A stretch of DNA of 21,134 nucleotides, from positions 1 to 21,134 of the forward strand of contig JANLPS010000536.1 of the NCBI GenBank assembly GCA_031367385.1. Reading direction: 5' to 3'. This stretch comes from Archangium sp. GTDB lineage: Bacteria; Myxococcota; Myxococcia; Myxococcales; Myxococcaceae. The stretch's first letter is position 1. Every line of letters starts with the position of its first letter. A model generated the notes under the pieces. That model did not search any database. It worked only from the letters and a program-made list of their open reading frames with translations, and was not told the DNA's origin. Positions 15,921-21,134 of the stretch are shown piece after piece. The position numbers and the translations under genes were made by a program.

Positions 15921-16050
15921 GCCATCTCATGGTGAACAGACCCATCTCATGGTGAGCAAACCCATCGCATGGTGAACAAACCCATCGCATGGTGAACAAA
16001 CCCATCGCATGGTGAACAAACCCATCTCATGGTGAGCCTGTCGAACCACG
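15921..16050. repeat. 20-bp tandem array ending in a full REP-like copy
   Basis: Units CCCATC(T/G)CATGGTGA(A/G)CAAA at 15921 (degenerate), 15941, 15961, 15981 and 16001. The sixth unit at 16021 continues into TCTCATGGTGAGCCTGTCGAACCACG (16025-16050). Confidence 0.95.
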
Positions 16051-17772
16051 AGCCTTGCTCAAGTCAGCCGCCGGCCCGGGGAAAATGACGAGCGACGTGC
16101 CGATTTTCAGGCCGCGCCCACCGGGCCCCAGTGACTCATTCCACGAGCGCAAGTCGGCCACCCGCACATCGAATCTCCGAGCGATCGTCCACAGCGAGTC
16201 GCCGGGTGCCACCCCGTAGGTGACCCGATTCTTGCCCTCGATCTTCTCGAGGCGCACCGTGCCGCTGGTGGTCGTCTTCACGTTCGACGTCACAGACCCC
16301 GCCGGTATCTCTTCTTCGGGCCGCACCGCGACGAGGCCCGCCCTGCGCGCCTTCACCACTTGCCGCTCGAACGAGGTATCTGCCCGGCCGGCCTTGATCG
16401 CATTCGCGCTCGGCATCGGCACGATCAAATCAGTGCCCACCCGCAGTGACCGCGCCGACGAGAGCCCGTTCATGCGCATGATCGCCTCTTGCGCCGAGTG
16501 GTACATGCCCGCAATCTTCGACAGCGTGTCGCCCTTACCGACCCGGTGAATCTTGAAGTTGAGCCGCTCGGTGGGCGCGACCTTCGCGAAGTTCTGGGCG
16601 AACGTCTCTTTGCTGCCCTTGGGTATGCGAAACACATACGGCTTCTCGTCGGTCGCCGGGGGAGTGCACCAGCGCTTCACGGCAGGGTTCAGCTCCTGCA
16701 ACACGTCGACCGTCGTGCCCGCGGAGGCGGCCAACACCTCGAGATCAACCGAGTTGTTCAGCGGCACTTCGTCGAACTCGAACACCGGCTCGTTCTCGAA
16801 CTCATCGGGCGCGAAGCCGAAGGCCTCGGGGTGCTTGGCAACCAGCGCACACGCGATCAACTTCGGCACGTAGTGCTTGGTCTCTTTGGCCAGGCCCTTC
16901 TTCTCGCTGAGCGCCCAGAAATCTTTGGTGCCGTACTTGTCGATCATCCACCGAACGCGGCCGCCGCCGGTGTTGTAGCCGGCCCACGCGAGGTACCAGT
17001 GCCCGAGGGTCTTGTAGAGCAGGTCGAGGTACTTGCCCGCCGCCTCGGTCGCGAGAATCGGGTCGCGGCGCTCGTCGATCCAAAAATCTTCTTTCAGTTT
17101 GAACATCACCGCGGTGCCAGCGATGAATTGCCACGGCCCGACCGCCTTCGCCCACGACTTCGCCTGGGTGTTGAACCCGCTCTCGATCATCGCCAGATAC
17201 ACGGTGTCGCGCGGCAACCCCTGCGCCTCGAGAATCGGCCGCATCAACGGTATGAAGCGGTACGACCGCGACATCCACCGGCGAAACCACTTGCGGCCGC
17301 CGGTCTGAAAAAAGTGAATGTACTGCGCGACCAGCGGCTGCATCTCGACGGGTATGTCGTAGCGATCTCGAACCAGCGAGACATCGAAGCTCGACACGTC
17401 AGTCACCAGCGCCAGCGAAAACGGCAGCGCCTCGCCCGATTGATCAGCCTGATCAAGCGCGGTCTCGAGCTGATCACGAACCAGTGAGTTGTACGGCAGC
17501 AAGGCGACGCTGCTCCTCAACACCGCTTCATTTCTCGCCGGAGGGTCGATCGCCACTTCTTCGAGCGCCCGCATCGCGTCGACATCATCGTCGCTGTCAT
17601 CGGTCGCCATGGCCGGCACGCCACCATCGAGCCGAGCGGCCGGTACGCCCGCGTCTGGCTGAATCACCACCACCGGAGCAGGCGCTTGCGCGAGCAACAT
17701 CATGCCCGGCGGAGGGGGCGGCATCGGCACATCGAACGCCGAGAGATTGAGGAGCACGACAGCGAAAAACAT
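16027..17772 (-). CDS. mltD: MltD-like lytic murein transglycosylase with LysM domains (581 aa)
   Basis: SLT motifs AMIESGFN, AVGPWQF, AGYNTG and ETKHYVPK; LysM repeats HRVGKGDTLSKIA and YGVAPGDSLWTIARRF. Confidence 0.92.
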   Translation of the reverse strand: MFFAVVLLNLSAFDVPMPPPPPGMMLLAQAPAPVVVIQPDAGVPAARLDGGVPAMATDDSDDDVDAMRALEEVAIDPPARNEAVLRSSVALLPYNSLVRDQLETALDQADQSGEALPFSLALVTDVSSFDVSLVRDRYDIPVEMQPLVAQYIHFFQTGGRKWFRRWMSRSYRFIPLMRPILEAQGLPRDTVYLAMIESGFNTQAKSWAKAVGPWQFIAGTAVMFKLKEDFWIDERRDPILATEAAGKYLDLLYKTLGHWYLAWAGYNTGGGRVRWMIDKYGTKDFWALSEKKGLAKETKHYVPKLIACALVAKHPEAFGFAPDEFENEPVFEFDEVPLNNSVDLEVLAASAGTTVDVLQELNPAVKRWCTPPATDEKPYVFRIPKGSKETFAQNFAKVAPTERLNFKIHRVGKGDTLSKIAGMYHSAQEAIMRMNGLSSARSLRVGTDLIVPMPSANAIKAGRADTSFERQVVKARRAGLVAVRPEEEIPAGSVTSNVKTTTSGTVRLEKIEGKNRVTYGVAPGDSLWTIARRFDVRVADLRSWNESLGPGGRGLKIGTSLVIFPGPAADLSKARGSTGSP

Positions 17773-17783
17773 TCGAACACGAG

Positions 17784-17812
17784 AGCCTAGGCGGCCCCTT
17801 CACCTTCAGGAA
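17784..17812 (-). promoter_or_regulatory. Candidate sigma70-type promoter for mltD
   Basis: Minus strand: TTCCTG (17812-17807), 17-bp spacer, TAGGCT (17789-17784), 11 nt before ATG 17772; no clear Shine-Dalgarno. Confidence 0.35.
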
Positions 17813-17849
17813 ACAATCAGCCCAACACTTCACTGACCCTAGGAGCAAT

Positions 17850-19310
17850 CTACCGGCCATGCCCCGGCCCTACGATTTTCTCCAGGTAGGTATCGTAGGC
17901 AAAGTGCGGCGCGTTCTCGCGATCGTGGCAGCCCACACACGTGGCGGCGGGTACGGCGCGGGCGATGGTCGCCTTGGTCGGAGCCGCGACATGCAGTGAG
18001 CCGGGCCCGTGGCACGACTCGCAACCCACTCCGGTGCGACCGTCGGTCTTGTCGATGCGGCACACCCCACCCGGCTTTTGCCAGCCCGTCACGTGGCAGC
18101 CCACACAATCCAAGTGGTTGTTTTTGCCCTCGGTTTGCAGCGTTTTGTACGCAATGGCGTGCTTGGTCGACTGCCAAAAGGTCGCCGCAGCCGGGTGACA
18201 CCCCAAGCAAGCCGCAGACCCGACGACACCCGCTTCGCCCTTCTCGGGGCTCGGGCAATCACGCCCATGCGCCTCGGCGTAGGCCACATTGATCAGGCCC
18301 ACATCGCGATCGTACGCGGTGACGATCTCCTTCACCGCCGGCAGCTGGGGGAAGCTCGCCTCGAGGGGAATGAACCGGGCCGACGCCGACGAATGATCAG
18401 CTGGCGCCGCGATCGGCGCAGCCGCCAAGGCCTCACGTCGGGCGATGATCTCTTCGAGCTTGCCCTTGCGCAGGGCCTTGAGCTGCTCGTTGAGCATCGG
18501 CTCGTTCACCTGCGCGCGCAGCAGCTCGATGCGTTGATCGAGCGAGTACAGATCGCGATCGCGCTCCGCATCACCGCGCAGCCACTCCACCTTCTCGGCG
18601 CCGCGCAGGAATACGTCGACGCGCAACAACGAGCGTCCCTTGCTCTGCACCTGCGCGACCTTCGTGCTCCCGCCGGCGATCCGGCTCTCCTCGGAAGCGA
18701 ACGCGTCCTTCGCGCGGGCTGAGACGAAGAGGTCGACGACAGGGGCCTGGGTCGCCTCGCGCAGCAATTGATCGAACGGCTCTTCGACCATCGCCACCAC
18801 GAACTGCACCCCGGACTTTCGCGCTTCCACCGCGAGCCTCATCGCCTCGGCTGAACTCGGAGCGCTGATCACGCCCACGCCATCGACCACCTTGAACGCG
18901 GCACCGGCGATCTCCGGCAGCTGCAGGCTCTTTCTGAACTCCACGCCCCGCGCGTCATCGAGCGGGCCCGGTGCGCGCAGGTCGAGGTTCATCACCTTCC
19001 ACGCCTCGGCCAACGCCTTCGCCTTGCGTTCCTGCTGCGGCACCGCGGCTTCGGGAATCTGCGCTTCCCCGAACAACCCATCACCGCAGTCGAAGAAGTG
19101 CACCGCGCCGCCCGCCTTGCGCGCCTCGGCGATCTGAAAGGCCGAGCGCGAAATGCCACCGCGCATGTTCTCGCTGCAGCCGCAGGGGCCCAGGTAGCCG
19201 CGCACCTCGGCGCTGAAGAACAGCGTCACTTTCTTCGGCGGGACGGCTCGATGGGGCTCGGGGTGAATCGTGGTGCAGCCGGCGAGCGCGAACAGCAGCG
19301 CCCACTTCAA
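17850..19310 (-). CDS. Lipoprotein: 5'-nucleotidase/UshA-like N-terminal domain, coiled coil and tetraheme c-type cytochrome (c554-like) domain (~486 aa)
   Basis: Likely TTG start at 19310 giving MKWALLFALAGC (lipobox LAGC). N-terminal SAEVRGYLGPCGC..GG.SR and FFDCGDGLF; four CXXCH motifs (CLGCH, CVGCH, CESCH, CVGCH) within 17925-18209. Confidence 0.85.
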   Translation of the reverse strand: MKWALLFALAGCTTIHPEPHRAVPPKKVTLFFSAEVRGYLGPCGCSENMRGGISRSAFQIAEARKAGGAVHFFDCGDGLFGEAQIPEAAVPQQERKAKALAEAWKVMNLDLRAPGPLDDARGVEFRKSLQLPEIAGAAFKVVDGVGVISAPSSAEAMRLAVEARKSGVQFVVAMVEEPFDQLLREATQAPVVDLFVSARAKDAFASEESRIAGGSTKVAQVQSKGRSLLRVDVFLRGAEKVEWLRGDAERDRDLYSLDQRIELLRAQVNEPMLNEQLKALRKGKLEEIIARREALAAAPIAAPADHSSASARFIPLEASFPQLPAVKEIVTAYDRDVGLINVAYAEAHGRDCPSPEKGEAGVVGSAACLGCHPAAATFWQSTKHAIAYKTLQTEGKNNHLDCVGCHVTGWQKPGGVCRIDKTDGRTGVGCESCHGPGSLHVAAPTKATIARAVPAATCVGCHDRENAPHFAYDTYLEKIVGPGHGR

Positions 19311-19314
19311 CAGC

Positions 19315-19695
19315 TCACCAGATGATGCTCTCGACCAGCTCGTCGACCTTCTCACCGAGGGCCTCCAGGCCGTGCGACTTCGACAGGTAGCCGTCGGCCC
19401 CCACCTGACCGGCCAGCTTCTCGAGCTCTTCGTCGCCCAGCGAGCTGAACAACACGATGGGGATGTCCTGCGTGTTGTAGTCGTTCTTCAGCGTCCGGCA
19501 GATGTCCGCGCCGGTCGCTTCGGGCCTGTGAATGTCGGTGAGAATGAGGTGCGGGTGAAATTCGCCGAGCAATCGCTCGAACTCCATCAACGTGGACGCT
19601 CCGCGAACGTCGTAGCCACGTTCCTCCAACACCGCTTTCTCCATCTGCAGCGTGATCTCGCTGTCGTCGATGAGGAGGATTCGCCGCTTTTCCAC
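19315..19695 (-). CDS. Single-domain response regulator (receiver only, ~126 aa)
   Basis: RILLIDDS, LILTD (phosphoacceptor), IVLFSS and GADGYLSK motifs. Probable GTG start at 19695. Confidence 0.9.
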   Translation of the reverse strand: MEKRRILLIDDSEITLQMEKAVLEERGYDVRGASTLMEFERLLGEFHPHLILTDIHRPEATGADICRTLKNDYNTQDIPIVLFSSLGDEELEKLAGQVGADGYLSKSHGLEALGEKVDELVESIIW

Positions 19696-19743
19696 GCGGG
19701 TGCTGATAGTAGGGTGCGCCCGATTTTCCAAGAGGTCTTCCTG

Positions 19744-20304
19744 ATGAGACGTGCCGTTCTTTCGACCCTCTTCCTCGCCATTCTCGGGTCCACCCCTGCC
19801 TTCGCGGACTTGAAGGTCGGCTACGTCGACCTCCAGCGCGCCCTGATGGAGGTCGGTGAGGGGGTGCAGGCCAAGACGCGCCTCAAGTCGGAGATCGAGA
19901 AGAAGAAGGCCGAGTTCGAGGGCGAACAGAAGAAGCTGCGCGAAGACAGCATGGTACTTGACCGACAGTCGTCAGCGATGAGCGAAGAGGTGCGCATCGA
20001 AAAGATGAAGCAGCTCCAGGGCCGCATCATGGCCAACGCCGAAAAAGGCCAGAAGCTGCAGACCGAGTTCGTCGAGAAGGAACGGACCGAGCTCAAGAAG
20101 ATCTTCGACCGGATGGACCCCATCGTCGCGACGATCGCCAAACGCGAGGGCCTGGCCATGGTGTTCGAGAAGACCGACTCGGGGCTGGTATTTGCCGAGT
20201 CGAACCTCGACGTCACCAACGAGCTGGTGCGCACCTACAACGAGAAGTTCCCGGTGAAGGGCACTGCCCCCGCGCCCGCGCCGAAGGACGCGCCGACGAA
20301 GTGA
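19744..20304 (+). CDS. skp: Periplasmic chaperone Skp/OmpH (~186 aa)
   Basis: Signal peptide ending AFA, then DLKVGYVDLQRAL, long charged helices and LDVTNELV. AAGAGG Shine-Dalgarno upstream; directly precedes lpxD. Confidence 0.93.
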   Translation: MRRAVLSTLFLAILGSTPAFADLKVGYVDLQRALMEVGEGVQAKTRLKSEIEKKKAEFEGEQKKLREDSMVLDRQSSAMSEEVRIEKMKQLQGRIMANAEKGQKLQTEFVEKERTELKKIFDRMDPIVATIAKREGLAMVFEKTDSGLVFAESNLDVTNELVRTYNEKFPVKGTAPAPAPKDAPTK

Positions 20305-21134
20305 CGACCGCCTCGGAGCTTGCAGCGCTGGTCGGCGGGACCGTGGACGGCGACGGCTCGGTGCAGGTCACCGGGGTCGCCGGGCTCGAACAGGCGCAGC
20401 CCGGTCACCTCTCGTTCTACGGGAACCAGAAGTACAAGAAGGCGCTCGCGGCCACCAGGGCCTCGGTGGTGCTGGTGCCCGGCGACGCGCCGCCCCGCCC
20501 CCCGGGCGCCACCTGGGTGGTCGTGCCTCACCCCCACCTCGCGTTCGCGCGGGTGGCGCAGAAGTTCCACCCGGTCCAGCCGCACGTGGCCGGCATCTCG
20601 GTAAAAGCTTCAGTGCACCCGAGCGCAACCGTCGACCCCAGCGCCACCGTGATGGACTTCGTCACCGTCGGGCCCCGCACCACCGTGGGCGCGCGCTGCG
20701 TGCTCTACCCCGGCGTCTATCTGGGCGAAGACGTGCGCATCGGTGAGGCCACCGTGCTCTCGGCCAACGTCGCGGTGATGGATCGCTGCAGCATCGGCGC
20801 CCGGTGCCTGGTGCACCCGGGAGCGGTGATCGGCGCCGATGGCTTCGGCTTCGCGCTCGACATGTCGGTGCCCGAGCACGTGAAGATTCCCCAGGCGGGC
20901 ATTGCCCGGGTGGAAGACGACGTGGTGATCGGTGCGTGTTCCTGCGTCGACCGCGCCACCACCGGCGAGACCGTGGTGGGGCGGGGCTCGAAGATCGACA
21001 ACCTGGTGCAGGTTGGCCACAACTCCACCGTCGGCCCGCTCTCGATTCTGTGCGCGCAGGTCGGCCTCGCGGGCTCCACCGAGCTCGGCATGGGCGTGAT
21101 GATCGGAGGCCAGGCGGGTTCTGCCGGTCACCTG
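20301..21134 (+). CDS. lpxD: UDP-3-O-(3-hydroxyacyl)glucosamine N-acyltransferase LpxD; 3' end runs off the window
   Basis: Not in the ORF track (no stop). Translated from GTG 20301, which overlaps the skp TGA: MTTASELAALVGG...HLSFYGNQKY, hexapeptide repeats, IGADGFGF, KIPQAG, VDRATTGET, KIDNLVQVGHN, AQVGLAGS. Confidence 0.96.
   Translation, partial: MTTASELAALVGGTVDGDGSVQVTGVAGLEQAQPGHLSFYGNQKYKKALAATRASVVLVPGDAPPRPPGATWVVVPHPHLAFARVAQKFHPVQPHVAGISVKASVHPSATVDPSATVMDFVTVGPRTTVGARCVLYPGVYLGEDVRIGEATVLSANVAVMDRCSIGARCLVHPGAVIGADGFGFALDMSVPEHVKIPQAGIARVEDDVVIGACSCVDRATTGETVVGRGSKIDNLVQVGHNSTVGPLSILCAQVGLAGSTELGMGVMIGGQAGSAGHL

Noticed and set aside
15921..16050. Possible CRISPR array
   Set aside because: The 20-bp units are directly tandem with no unique spacers, and no cas genes are in the window. 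The same applies to the 24-bp array at 14364-14490.
19176..19187. Selenocysteine at the PCGC motif
   Set aside because: Both Cys codons are TGC; there is no in-frame TGA.
19270..19743. N-terminal extension of the Skp ORF in the track
   Set aside because: It is antisense to the response regulator; the signal peptide and Shine-Dalgarno place the start at 19744.

Overview
GC-rich bacterial DNA. The dense Ser/Thr kinases, Cys/Gly-rich lipoproteins and 'PDAG/DGG' linkers suggest Myxococcota (inference). In order, the window holds: a kinase-STAND ATPase fusion running off the left edge; a divergent membrane Ser/Thr kinase; a 334-bp hairpin-rich intergenic region; an MBL-fold hydrolase coupled to a Cys/Gly-rich lipoprotein; a likely operon of acyl-CoA ligase, metallophosphoesterase and membrane kinase; a minus-strand ycaO-tfuA-EEP operon with no visible precursor peptide; yccF; an MltD-type lytic transglycosylase; a lipoprotein fusing a degenerate 5'-nucleotidase-like domain to a four-CXXCH cytochrome c; a single-domain response regulator; skp; and the start of lpxD. 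Three copies of a 24-26 bp REP-like element occur. Two form an inverted repeat around a 24-bp tandem array that is in frame at the TfuA N-terminus, and the third ends a 20-bp tandem array and supplies the mltD stop codon. The best leads are the orphan YcaO-TfuA(-EEP) thioamidation module, the repeat-derived TfuA N-terminus, the nucleotidase-like/tetraheme fusion and the structured intergenic region. All product calls come from motif recognition by eye; no searches were run.
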